The translations under genes and the position numbers were made by a program. The notes under the pieces were generated by a model. That model was given only the letters and a program-made list of their open reading frames with translations, made no database searches and was not told the origin of the DNA. A DNA stretch of 64,000 bases, from NCBI GenBank assembly GCA_013265495.1, contig MU063496.1, positions 434,001-498,000 on the forward strand, written 5' to 3'. Positions 47,401 to 59,789 of the stretch are shown one piece after another. Position 1 is the stretch's first letter. Each line of letters begins with the position of its first letter. Source of the DNA: Vicugna vicugna (lineage: Eukaryota).

Positions 47401-47639
47401 TTTGGGATAACTGGGAATCCCTCCCCAGCCACCTACCAGCCGTGAGACCTTAGGCAAGTGGTACCCACACTCCTGGCCATGGTTCCTTATTCCTAAAGCA
47501 CAGTAGTGATGCCTAGTTCCCAAGGTAGCAAGATTAAATAGGAATTAAAAGAGGCAGTATACTGCACTCATATAAATAAGTAACTGGGGGAGAAAGGATG
47601 GCTCTTGCACACACTAGGATGTCAGTTAACACCGTAGGA

Positions 47640-48140
47640 GGAAAGAAGGAACTAGAAAAGTACCATTAGACAAACACCCCAGTAATAATTGTGGCAAATG
47701 ATGTCCACCGATGGATGCTAAAATTAATGGACAGAAGTCCAAGGGGAAACAGGATGTGCTTAGTCCCAAATTATCACCCCTGGGTATGTATTAACTAATA
47801 AGGGAAGGACTTTAGAGGGAAGAACCTGGCCGACACAACATTGCCAAGTGGTCATGGCTAAGGCAGGAAGGTGCCACCATGATGCTTCGAGAAGGACAGG
47901 CACTGTTTGGGGGATATTCTCATCCAAAATGCATAACCTAACTCCAGTCCTGAGAAAACAACAGACAAACCCAAATGGAGGGAAATTCGACAAAGCAGCT
48001 GGTACTCTTCAGAAGTGTCAAAGTTCTGAAGATGAAGAAAGATCCAGGAACTGTTAGGGACCAGAGGAGAGTAAGGGAAAGTGACGGCTGAGGGCAACAT
48101 GGGATCCTGGTAGGATCCTGGACCAGGAAGAGGATGTGGC
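47640..48140 (+). mobile_element. old LINE-1 3' UTR (L1MC/L1MD-like)
   Basis: CAAAATGCATAACCTAACTCCAGTCCTGAGAAAACAACAGACAAACCCAAATGGAGGGAAATT...CAACATGGGATCCTGG...GATCCTGGACCAG is typical of L1MC/MD 3' UTRs. Confidence 0.8.
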
Positions 48141-49109
48141 AACAGAGGAGAAGCGACGTCGACGCGTTGAAACAGCCCTCTGTCTTGAGCCGAGGTTTGG
48201 GGTCAGCAGCCTACTGGCTGCCCCATTCCCGTCACCAGCCCCTCTGCACCAGCAGAGCCAAAGCGCCCTTCCACATTCAGTCAGCACCCACTGTTATAGC
48301 CCCACTGTCTCCCTGCCTGGCATCGTCTTGGCTGTGAGATCCCCTCCTGCATAGGCACCCGCAGGTCTTAACATATCACAATCCATGGTAATCTTGTAAG
48401 TCACTTGCTCTCGGAGTCCCTAATGCCGATAGGGAACTGAAGCTCAGAGAGGAGAAGGCATTCGCTCAACATCACACAGCAAGTGGAACGTGGGACGGAC
48501 TGGCCCACTGCCCCAGGCTGGATCCCACCACTTCCTCTGAGCCAGGAGGCTGAAGGGAGGTGTTGTCAGAAAGCTGCCCTGGCGCTCTTGACAAACAGGG
48601 GCAGGACCCAGAGCCCAAGGCAGGTTGAGTCCACGCAGCCTGAAGATGGCAGCACTTTCCCCTCCAGAGTTCCTGGGACCTCAGCCCAGGGAGGCTCGGC
48701 TCCCAGGAAATTCATTCTCACTAAGGTGTGAATGATTGATAACTAGTCCTTTCCTGAAAAGGACAGAGCACATGGGGTCCCACACTGGGTTCCAGAAGCA
48801 GGAGAAATAGGAAGGCACTAAAGATAAAACCTTTGACCCCTCCCAGTTGCACCCTCCTGGCAGCTATAACCCCTTGGGGCTCAGTTATTAGCTGCAAACT
48901 CCTCCACTTAACTCCTCAAATCAACAACAGATGTCAGAGCTTTGTCCACCCCTCACTGATGCTGGAGTCCCCTCTACAGTTGGTGGCTGTCCCGCTCCTG
49001 GCTTGGACGCCACCAGTAACAGGGTTTTATGCTGTTATGCTTATCAAGGGAATTCGTGTTACCAGACAACAGCTACTAGAAAGTTCCTTTGCTCAGATAT
49101 GTGTAAGAC

Positions 49110-49230
49110 AAACGTAAGTGGATCTATCAGTTCCCCTTTTGTAGATGAGGAAACTGAGGCCGGGGGAGGGGAAGCACTGCCCGGCGTCACGTAGAAAAGA
49201 ACGCAGCTGGGATGCAAACCCAGGCCAGGA
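49110..49230 (-). mobile_element. MIR SINE fragment
   Basis: CCCCTTTTGTAGATGAGGAAACTGAGGCC...GGGATGCAAACCCAGG. Confidence 0.75.
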
Positions 49231-52200
49231 GCCTGATTCTGGAAACATCTCTCATAGGTGACTTGAGGGGTCAGACTCTGTCCCACTTGCTCCAACATTA
49301 ACAACCCTTCTGGTTAAAGTGTGGTTCCTCAAAGACCATTGCTGGGAGGGGGTGTAGGAGACCGCATGATGGGGACATGGGCCTCAGAGTCCTGAGCCAG
49401 ATTCAAGATAAGGCTTCGTCCTTTCCCGAGGGACCTCAGGAAGTCACCTCTCTGAGCTGCACCCAGAGCAAAGCAGAGCCCATAAGCCTGGCTCCCCAGG
49501 GGCCCTGAAGGTGAGTCCCTCCCAGGACCATCCCCTGGCGCAGAGCTCACAGGGGGTTCTCTCGCAGACTGTGGGACTCTGGCATAAAGTGACAGCAGAG
49601 GCTAGTCTCTCTTCCTCCTTCTCCAGGGGACCCTGGCCTCCGTCTCTGTCTATACCCCCATTCCTCCAAGGCAGACCTACCCCCTGCCTTGTTCTCCTGG
49701 GGACCACAGGCCCGACCCCATCCTCCCACCCAGGCCTCGGCCAGCAGCCTCAATCCAGGCCCCCTCCCTCCCAGCAAAAGCCTGCAAATGCTTCTGAGGG
49801 CTGGAACATCTGGCTAATGACGGGGAAAGTGCTGAGACGACAGGTTATTTCAACACTGTCATCATCCGTTGGGTATTTCAACACTCACTGCTTGTGCAAG
49901 AGACATAATGGGACCTGTCATAAACTCACGCTGTCTCAAAGCTCGGGCACGTCGTGGCGGGGCTGGCGGGGAGCTGCTGGGGTTTAGCAATCGGCGCTGT
50001 CTTGGGGCCCGCAGTCTCCTTAGGGCTATTTTGGCTCCACCGCGGAAGGCCCCGGAAAGAAATCTCAAGGTGTCAGAGAAAACCCAGAGCAATTACCTCT
50101 CAGGGTAATTAGATGGTGGCAGAGATAGATAGCCCGCCTTCCTGCCTTCCCCCCTTCCATCCCGCCTGCCAGGGAGATGGGGAGGACCAGCCTGTCCCAT
50201 CCCACTGGGCCAGCCCCCACCTCACCCAGCCCCCTGCGGGGAGGAGGCCACAGATGACCTCATGGCAGCAGCAGCTGTGAATCACGGCCTTGACCATGCT
50301 CCCACTTCCCTGGGGGCCGGCAGGCGTGTGGGTCCTCAGCCCAGCACCCACATCTGGCCACCTTCCCATCATGGCGGCATCTCCAGAGAGCTGTGCGGGA
50401 GACTCCAGGAACCCGTCGGCCTCTCTACAGCAGACCAGAGTCATAGCTTGGACTCAGAGTCTTTGATTCAGCTCAGCCCTGATCCAAATTTTTATCTGAA
50501 CCCCGACCACCCCTTTAGGAGGCTTAAGTGGAGGATGGAGGTAGCTTAGCGCCTGCTCTGACAGGGAGCGAGGTCGGGGGAAGGGTGATGGCCAACCAAC
50601 ACAGGGACACCTGCGGCTCAAGCCGTGTAAGCCCCCCACCAGCTCTCAGGGGACGAGTCAGTCACTGCCCTGAGCTGGCTAAGCTGGAGAGACGAGTGAC
50701 CAGAGACCCCAGAGCCAGCTGGAGCTCACGCTGAGCTTTCCAGGCTGAGAACTGGCCTCCACTCATCCTGTGCCTCCACACCCTGCCCACCTCACCCCAA
50801 CACACGTCTCCCAAGTGTTCCAGGAGAGAGGGTCTGGTTGGAGACCCGGGGGGCTCATAGAGGACAGGCTGAACAGGGAGCTGAGGATTCCCACCCCTGG
50901 AGGTGAGGGGCAGGAGGTGTGGGAAGAGGACGCCCTGAGAGGGAAGCGTGTGGAGGAGAACGTGGGGTCTGGGACAGCATGCCACAGGCAAGTGGGTAAG
51001 ACGCAGACCCAGCCAAGGCCGGGGCCTCATGCAGGGGAGGCCCAGGAGCATGGATTCCTCCGCATAGGCACTGGGGAGCCATAGAAAGTCTTTGACCACA
51101 GGAATTCCAAGTGCACCATGGTACTTTGAGCCCCTTCTTAGGCTCCGTCTGGCAGCCGAAAGTGGGTGGAGAGTTTCAGGGGAGGGTAGAGGAAGGCAGA
51201 AGGCTCAGAGCGTGGCCAGGAAGCCAGACAATAGCCAGATGGGACAGTGGCCAGAATGAGGGGGTGGAGGAGAAAGCTGAGAGGGGTGTGGGCCAGAGGG
51301 CATTTGGGAGGGGACCCCCTCCTCAGGATCAGAGCCTACTCTGCGAGGGATGGGATAGGGAGGGGGCCCTCCCAGAAGTAGTCAGCAGAGGTGGGGAAGG
51401 GTTCCCGTGGGACACTGGGGCCCTTGTGGAAAGTGGCCCCACGGGACCCCAGCTGGTGCATTGCCCCTCCACCACCCGGGGCGCTGATCCTCTGCTCTGA
51501 TGAGAACTTGGAGCTAGTCAGACGCTCCCCAAGGGCCACATCAACGAAGAAAATTCTACATGTTTTTAGGCTCCTGCTCCAGGGCCCAAACCCTTTCCTC
51601 CCGCAAAAGGCTTCTCCAGCCTGAGCCTACCTCCTGGCACATTTCTTTCTCCACATTCACCTCCCTTGGCCTCTCGCGGGCTTGATTCAAGGTCCTCTGT
51701 AGGGTCACCTGAGCAGCCCTCCCCAGGGTGCCAGCCCCCTCAGCTGACTCCACAGGGTCCTCAGCACAGCCCATGCCTGTCCCTCCACTGTCCAGCCTGC
51801 AGCTCAGCCCCGGCTCCAGGCCCCTCTCACCTGGGCCCCCACTGTAGCTGCCCCTAAGCCCACCTGCCAGGGCTGCAGTCAAGTCCCCACAGGAATGGTA
51901 GCCACCTTGCCCTCAACCAGACATCAGTAGGACTGTCACCTCCCCTCTGCCAGAGGCTGCTTCCCAGGTGTTGTCTTTACGGGAGAGTGTCGCCACCTCC
52001 AGGCAGGCAAAGGCTGGGGAGGGAGACGGTTTCCTCCGACTGGCCCCTGGGTCTCAGGTGGTATGCACGCCTGTCCTATGTGGCAGGTGCCCAAATCATC
52101 CCATTTTCCAGGTGAGGAACAGCCATCCCTGCCCTCCAATGCCTGGGAAGACTTCGACTGTGATGAAGCAGCCTCAGAGCGGATGAGCGCCTAGTCTTGC

Positions 52201-53754
52201 AGGTAGCGATTCCAGGTCCGCCCTTGATTTCTGCTCCTTCACCTTGGGGAGCTGTTTACCATCACAGGATTTCTGCTTTCTCCTCTGCAAAAGGAATCAG
52301 TGGGCTCTGTTTCTCTGGTCAGGACACAGTATCACGGCATGGTGGAGAAACACCTCTGACCACTAGGCCGGGCTTTTTAGCTCTGCCTCTTGGAGCTGGG
52401 CCCCCTTCGCTGCTCTGGGCCGTGTTTTCTCATCTGCACATGGGGTATCACAACATCTCTCTCATGCACAGCTCAGGGCAGAAGTTTTCAGTGTGATGGT
52501 CAAGTTCCATCTGGCTCTAGAACCAGACAGACCGTCTCCCGGGGGACAGCTCAGCTACTCGGGGGCTGGACCACCAACCTCTCACCTGAAACAGGCCCAT
52601 GGTCCCAGTCAAGCCACAGCTGAAAAACCAGAAATGAGTCCCTTCCGCAGGAGCCCTTGGAGAGCTGCCAAAGCCAAGCCAGGGGTCTCTCAGGCAGCGG
52701 GGAGCTTGACACCCCTGAAGGTGGGCGACAACTCAGGAAGCGCCAGAAGCCCCTGTCCACCCAGGGCAGGAGGAGCAGCTGGGATACACGCCCTCACTCT
52801 CTTCCCCGCCTGTCCCCTCCCGCGGCCTCCCGCCCCTCCCCCACCCTCACCATCGATGCCCCCACCCAGGAGCTCTTCTTTGCACTTGACAAATGTGTAA
52901 GGCAGATTCAAGGGACTTGAGACCGATTCACGTGACAGGATAACCAAATGCGAAGGGAGGTAAATGCACTAGGAATTCAGGATGTGGAGCAGAGAAGGGG
53001 GAACCAGCCCTGCACCAGGGCTGGGACAGTGGCAGACAGGAATGGCCACGTTCCCTGGTGCCTGCTCAGTGCCAGTCTCTGGAGTCAGAGGTCCCTGCTC
53101 CCCCTACTCCAGGACACACTCTCAGCCCGTGGTGGGAAGCCCCCAGCCCTGTCTGAACGGGGCCCGCAGGGCGGCTGTGATGCTGCCGGGGGCCCAGGAG
53201 GGTGTCCAGTCTGCCCCGATTCCCTGGGCCCTGGAGCGGCCTGGCTGCCCGGCCTCTCGCTTGGCCAGGGCAGCCGAGACACTGGCAGTCCTGGCCCCAG
53301 GCCTCCCGTCGTCGCCTCCCCCACCGCTCGGCCGGATGGCACCGTCTCCTAATGCATCTGCCTGTTTACATTCCCCCAACGAAAAGCAGCTTTGTTTATG
53401 GAAAAGAGCTATTTTAGTTCCACGTTTTCTCTCTCAACTCCTCCGACTCGCAGCAGAAGGGCCGCTGCTCTCTTGGGGAGCTGAGCGACGGAGCCCGTCT
53501 CCATCTCCTCGGGGAAGGTGCTCCAGGCTCCCATGGGTGGAGACCCAGGACAGGGGGCCAAGGCACAAGGCCACCTCCTCCCACGAAGGCTCTGGGGAAA
53601 GGATCGATGTTCTGCATGAGTCAGGGAGTCTTACCCAGGGACAGAAGGACAGCAGTCCCCATGAGCTGGTGACACCAGACACCAGACACCACCCTCCCAG
53701 TGCAGCCCACCCACCCTGCGCTCAGCCACCAGGTCCTTCTCCTCCCTCTGAGTG

Positions 53755-53870
53755 AGTGATATTATCCCCACCATACAGATGAGAAACTGAGGCTCCCAGA
53801 GGTGAAGTGGCCTCTCCAATGTCATAAAGCTACAGGTACCCAGGGGTCTGACTCCAGATCTCACACCTGT
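53755..53870 (-). mobile_element. MIR SINE fragment
   Basis: TATTATCCCCACCATACAGATGAGAAACTGAGGCTCCCAGAGGTGAAGTGGCCT...GGTCTGACTCCAG. Confidence 0.8.
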
Positions 53871-55599
53871 TCCCCACTGTGCCCCCTGGGGTGGGAGGAG
53901 AGATGCCTGTCTAACAGGGTGAGGGGTGTCAGGTGGCACTCCCTGGTTATAGCCATTTCCATAAAAATTCATGGCAAACATTTCATTCTAGGCTCGGGAA
54001 ACAGCAAACAAACCACGAGTGGGAGTAATCTAGTACAACATGGGGTCTTCTCCCGAGGGAGGCTGCCGTGTTCCAGATGGGAACCCCAAAGATCGGAAGG
54101 CGTAGGAGGAAACAAGTCATGACATCACTCTGAGGAAAAACGAGGGGGGGTTCCCTCCACCCCAAGCACCTGTCTCCCTAGGTGGGAGAAGAAGAGGTGC
54201 TGGGAGGCGGCAGAGGGTCCTACCGAATGCCTGCTGTGGCCCCGTATGGAATGCTTCTCCCACCCTCCCTTCCTTCGTGGCCCTGATTGCTTCCTCCATG
54301 GAATTTGTGATTTCTGGAGCCCACATATTCCCTGGATCACCAAGGCAGGTCAAGTGCTGTCACCATGACAACAAAGAAAAAGAAATAGAAAGGCTGATGG
54401 GGATGCAACTCCCCTTACAGCGACCACAGGACACCTTCCCCTGCCCTAACTCCCCCACCCAAGAAGGGAGCTCTGGTGGGGCAAGGATGGATGGTGATAG
54501 GTTGTGATTAGAAAAAAGCTGAAAAGTTCTCAGACAAGAAGCTGGTCAAGCAGACAGCCCTGAGCAGGGCTTCCCCTAGTCCTTTGGGAGACATGCGGCC
54601 TGTGGCCCGTGGTGGCTGGGACCTCCTGTGTGGCTAGAACAGCGACGCGGGCCTGGGGCCACCTGCTCTAGAATCAAGCCATTGGCTCTAAGCCTTCCGG
54701 GACTCTGCTTCCCTTGGGCCTTTTGCCACAGGCTCCCCTTGCCCTGTCTCGCGCAAACCTACAAAGGAAACCTTCAGACCCTAGGCGGAAGGACACACAG
54801 CGCTAGGCGGTCCCCAGGGCCTTTTGCGGAGTGTCTCCTGTAGATCCATCCCCAGAAGAGAAAGACATGGCCACTTGGCCTCACAGCCTCCCACCCTGGG
54901 TGTTCTCCCCAACACCGATTTCTTCACATCTATTGATGGGAGAGGCTGACTTGAGCCTGGAGTCTCCTGCTCCTGGGGTAGCACCATGGTTGGCCAATGG
55001 CAGCAGTTTATAAAACTCAGTCACAGTCTCAGCTGCCCCTGCCTCCCTCTGCCATCACCGCTCACAGGAGGGACTCCATGCCCTGGGAGGCGCTGCGCTC
55101 ACTCAGCCCAGCCACACCTCACGGGCTCAGGGCCTGGGTTCCAAGGACCTCTCACACATGAGCACAGCCCTTTACAGTTTACAGAGGGCCTTCCCCTGCC
55201 CTCTGATTCGCCCTTTGAGGTGGATAAGGAAACAGAAATGAGATATCAAACATCTAGGAAGCACAGTGTCGGGACCCAGCTTCCCCCCCTCTCTGCCTCC
55301 GCCCACGAGCACGAGCCCAGGCTCCACTCTGTGCCCAGCGGTGGGTGGAAGAGGCCTGGCCCTGCCTCTGGCCTCAGCCTTGCTATCCAGCCCCCTAAAC
55401 AACCTGGTAGTCCTGCCGAAACCTAGATCCACTGCCCAGATGATCAACCAATTCCTCAGCCTAAATTTGATGCCCAGCACAGAAGGGGCCCTGTCTGCCA
55501 CTTCCTCTCGAATTCCCTCGTCATCACTTGACACACACTTTGGCCAAATAGACCCAATTCTTCCTCACTGAGAATGGCTGACCTGTAGCAAGCGCACCC

Positions 55600-56030
55600 T
55601 ATCTTCTGTCCTCCAGGACTCTTTTTCAGCTGCCAGAATGTTCCCAGTACACACACGGTGTGCTCCCCTCCAGGTCTTTGCCTGGAGTTGCATGTCCCCC
55701 ATCCATCTATCCACCCATCCATCCATCAACCCATCCATATCTAAATCCCACAACTGCTTCAATGCCCAGTTCAAATTCCACCTCCACAAAGTCACCCCAT
55801 AATAAAAGTGACCACTCCCCCACATTGCAGCCACGGTGGGCCCCTCACTGCCTGGCATCAGTGTTGCAGGCCCACCTCTTAGTTCTCCCACCAGACCGTG
55901 AGCTCCTGGCATGAGGGTGGAGTGTCTGCAATGAAGTATGTGATTCATCTCAGGGACCCTAATACCCAGCACAAGGTCCGCCAGAACACAGGACATATCA
56001 TCAATGATTGGCTGGATGAATAAACGAGCA
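55600..56030 (+). mobile_element. L2 3' region with internal (TCCA)n
   Basis: CCCACCAGACCGTGAGCTCCTGG...CCCAGCACAAGG...GATTGGCTGGATGAATAAA is the L2 3' end; CCATCCATCTATCCACCCATCCATCCATC at about 55700-55740. Confidence 0.7.
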
Positions 56031-56899
56031 AAAGGACAAATGAAAGAAGAGGGAGTAGATGGCCCATTGGCAGGCCTTCAGGTTGGGCCATAAGGTTAGT
56101 GGTCAGATCATTACAGCCAGCAGGGGTCCCTTGCCAGCCAGAGCTTCACCCACTCTGTCAAGAGCACCCATCCATCACTCCTTAGTCTGTCGAAGGCCCT
56201 GAATGCTCCTCCTATGTCTGGGGAATCCCCCACCTTATGAGTTCCCATCTTCTTTCACGAAAGCCAGCCAGCCACCTTCCAGCCTCCCTTCCAGCCAGGG
56301 TTTGTCATGTGTCCTGGGCTCCACCAATCACACACCCACCAGACTCAGGATGGGAGGGAGTGACCCAGGAAGCAGATGCCACATGGAATCCATTCTGGTT
56401 GGTGGGAGGCGGACTCCCGTGTCCAGTTCCTGGAGGCAGTGCTGTGACCGATGTGGGAGCCCACCGCGGGTCCTGCCGTGGGTGTCCCCATCTGCAGTGG
56501 GATCTGGGGCCCGGCTCCTGCTTCTGGTACTCTGGCTTTCCCAGAGATTCTGGGCTACGGAGTGTCCTTGAATAAGTTCCTCGTGCGAGTAACTTAGCTG
56601 GAGTTGGTTTCTGTGTCTCAAATTCCAGACCCTGGAGTGTTCACCTCACGCTGATGGAGTAAATGCCCCAGGGAGCTCCACGCGGGCTGGGCCATGTGCA
56701 GGGCAGCAGGCTGGGGCGGGAGGGAATGGGTGTCACCGGGCCGGCCCTCCCTGGCCTATGAGATGCCCGCCCGCCAAAGCAGCACCAGGATAGGGGTTTG
56801 AGCAGGGACTGCCTTCAGATCCCGAGGCCCGCTCATGGCTACAGGGCAGGGCTCTCCCCTCCGTGCCTTTCCTCCCAACCCCCCCCCACCGCTAACTCC

Positions 56900-57180
56900 G
56901 TCTCATCATCCTTTAAGACTCAGCTTCTCATCATCTCTTTCACGAAGCTTCCAGCTCCACCCCTTCTGGCCCAGGTGCCTCCATGGTGCTCCCAGGTCAC
57001 AACTGCCAATGACTTTCCACACGGCAGGATAGCTGTCCATTGCCACGTCCATCTGTCTCTCCACTAAGTGGAGAGTCTCTGAGGGCAGGAGTCATGTCTG
57101 GTGCACTATGAGCAGTTAGCTCTCAGGAGACAACCAGGGAATGTTTGCTGCATGACTAAGTGAGCATTAGTGAGTACGTG
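56900..57180 (+). mobile_element. L2 3' fragment
   Basis: TCCTTTAAGACTCAGCTTCTCATCATCTC...GTCTCTCCACTAAGTGGAGAGTCTCTGAGGGCAGGAGTCATGTC...AATGTTTGCTGCATGACT. Confidence 0.7.
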
Positions 57181-59403
57181 CACCCTTGGGAGAAGCTAGC
57201 CATCTCTGGGCTCAGTGAGAGTGGCAAAGAGAAGAGCAGTTGCAAGGGTGCCCTGGGGCTTGGCAGGTGCACCCACCCCCACTGGAAATCCCACTGGCCA
57301 GGCTTGTATTGTGTCTGTTCCAAGGGGGAACATAGGGTGGGGCAACCCCTGCAGCTCCGTCTCCCATGGGTTTCTTAGCAAATTCAAGGGAAAAAAATTA
57401 CCCAGGAAATAAATCAGGAGCCACTGACCAGCTTCAAGGCCCCTCCTTCTCCCACATTGATCTGGACCTCAGAGATTGCAACCTCTCTGCTCGTTTGCCA
57501 GGGACACTTGTCGGAGAAGATGTCCAGGTATGAGGCAACCACAGAGGTTTCCTGAGCGGCACTGAGCAGAAGTCAAGCGCGTCTTCTGGGGCCCACTCTT
57601 CCCTCCATGACGTGCAGGCAGGGGAAGCTCCCCAGAGGCTCCTGGGAGGGAACTAGGCCACTGCCCACCAGCAGCCCGGCTGCGAGAGTCCAAGCGCGAG
57701 GGGGTCTCTGCTCCTCCAGGCTGCGGCCACCAAAGATTCACGCCCCCTTGTTGCAAGCTGGGGTCGGCAGGGTCATACTGACCATGAAGGGCTGCGCCAG
57801 GATGATTCACAGCCCACCCCGGCCCCTGGATGGTGGAAGGACGTGACCTTCTTTCTCAAGATGTCTTTGGAGTCTCAGGTGGGGGCAAGACTGCTCACAT
57901 CTCGGGTGCCCTTGACCCGGAGCCCTGCTTCTACTGAACATCAATTTGGAGACAGCCTCAGCTTCTTGCCCAAGACTCCTCAGTCCTCCACCATTGCCAC
58001 CCAGATGTGGAAATCCTCTTCCCTTTTTTCCATCCCCAAACCCACTCACACCAGGCATTTGTGTGGGTAGAAGGTTTACTGACGGTTGGAGAGGCAGAGG
58101 GATCTGCTATGTAATTATAGGAACCTATTAAAATCCTTCTCCCTTGATGTCTCTCTGCATCTCTGCGCTGGCATACCCCTTCCCTTTCCTCCTCCTGCCC
58201 CTCAAATCCCGCCTCCTGTCAAAGCAGAAGAGCCAGCCCCCAATGGTCCTGTTTTCTAGAGTCTAATCCATATTCTGACTCCGGAGGATTCACCTCTAAG
58301 GGGATTGATGCCAGTTCTTAAACCAATGGGTTTTTATCCCACTGCACTGGTGCTGGACTCACCTTCACAGAAGACCCAGACCTCATGCAGTTGGGGGTGA
58401 GGAAAGTCCTCAGGAGACCACCCTGGCGGAGCAGATGGGAGATGTTGGGAGGAGGACACACAACACAGACCCAGGAAGCACGGATGAGGGGCAGCTCCCT
58501 CTACCTGGAGGAGCCAGAAAGGGTTTCACCAAAAAGGTGACGGGAGAGATGGCCTTGAAAGGGTTTCATGAGGGGAGGAGGCAGCCGGAGCAGAATCTGC
58601 CATCAATGCCTCTCCAAGAAGCACTGCTCGCTCTGCGCTGTCATCATCAGATTTTGTGGCTGCCTCCTCCATCAGACTGGGAGCTCCTCGAAGGCAATTT
58701 CCCTTCAAGGGCCAGGTACAATCCTCAGCCCCAGAAGAAAGAAAGAGAGGAAGACAGGAGGCGTGGGAGCTGCAGTAGCAGCCTAGAGTCCCCAGGCACC
58801 CAAAGCCACAAGACCCCTGAGGCTGCGGCAGAGATCGGCTGGATCTGCATCCTCCGTGTGACAGTACACACGATCACTGCAAACCGAAAGTGCATAGGCC
58901 AGGGGCCCATGGGCCCTCGGGCCACCCCTATGAAAGACCTTTTACATCAGGCACTTGTGGCCCACCAACAATCCCGTGACAAGCCCTCTGCGCTGACAAG
59001 GGCCACAAGCTCACATCTGCCCAGCTCCCAACAGCAGGAAGATGTTTTAATGCCCACGAGCTCACTGGAATCAAGGTGTGGACCCTACAGGACTGAGGGA
59101 GAGGATGGGCAGGAAACACAAGAGAAGCCCTAGGCTCCGGACGCTGTGGGAGTGTGAGTCAGTAGGTTCTCTGCTCCCACAGTCCCCCTGCTCCTGCAAC
59201 TTCCAAAGCAGCGAGAGTGGACGGCGCACTGTGTGGCAGTTCATTACAGGCTGCCCTGCATTGTTCTCTAATGACTCTTTCAGGCTTGGGATCCTGCACT
59301 AGATCCTCCAGGGCAGAGGATGTACCTTCTGCAACTTCTCTGTGCCCCAAAGTGCCAGCCCCAAGCCAGATCCACAGCACACCTTCCCAACCAGCAGGGT
59401 AGC

Positions 59404-59679
59404 TGCGTCCTCTGCCCATCGGCTGCAGGTGAGAATCATCTGGGAGGTCTGGTAAAATGCTGAGGCCAGGGCTCCCGCCTCCAAGGAGACTGATTTAACT
59501 GCACTGAGGCCGGGCTGGAGCATCAATGTTTTATGGAGCTAAAATGATCATCTCTCCCTTGGACTATTACAAATTAGTTCTCAGCTGGCTTTTTTGTGTC
59601 CAGTCAAATCCACCTGCCATGATGCAGTTAACTTGACCACGGCCCTTCCCAGCTGGGCAGTGAGGGCTGAAAACCTCTG
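59404..59679. mobile_element. hAT-Charlie MITE MER5B interrupted by a 109-bp insertion
   Basis: The left part GGCTGCAGGTGAGAATCATCTGGGAGG...GCATCAATGTTTTATGGAGCT stops at about 59540. The right terminus GCAGTGAGGGCTGAAAACCTCTG (consensus GCAGCCAGGGTTGAGAACCACTG) resumes at 59657-59679. Confidence 0.75.
59547..59655 (+). repeat. 109-bp dispersed direct repeat, derived copy (source at 60968-61076)
   Basis: Ungapped alignment of 59547-59655 with 60968-61076 gives 4 mismatches in 109 bp. Confidence 0.95.
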
Positions 59680-59789
59680 ATGTAGCATATCCTGCCACAA
59701 AGACAGCAAAAGCTCCTGGGAAATGTGCCCTGGAAGACCAACTCTTGGTACTAAGTTTCGTCTCTTTTCGGATCTCATCACCTCAATAG

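Noticed and set aside
48154-48166. Five CpGs in 13 bp (CGACGTCGACGCG) at the edge of an old L1 3' UTR
   Set aside because: Too short to distinguish from chance or local GC-biased substitution.
50020-53420. MEF2-like sites (GCTATTTTGG at about 50025, GCTATTTTAG at about 53408)
   Set aside because: Neither fits the 10-bp YTAWWWWTAR consensus.
52982-53755. 257-aa ORF (+)
   Set aside because: Low-complexity composition typical of GC-rich non-coding DNA; no homology recognised.
54990-55020. CCAAT followed by TATAAAA (putative core promoter)
   Set aside because: The boxes are only about 10 bp apart, there is no CpG island and no downstream exon is recognisable.
58435-59133. 232-aa ORF (+)
   Set aside because: Runs through L2 remnants; no domain similarity.
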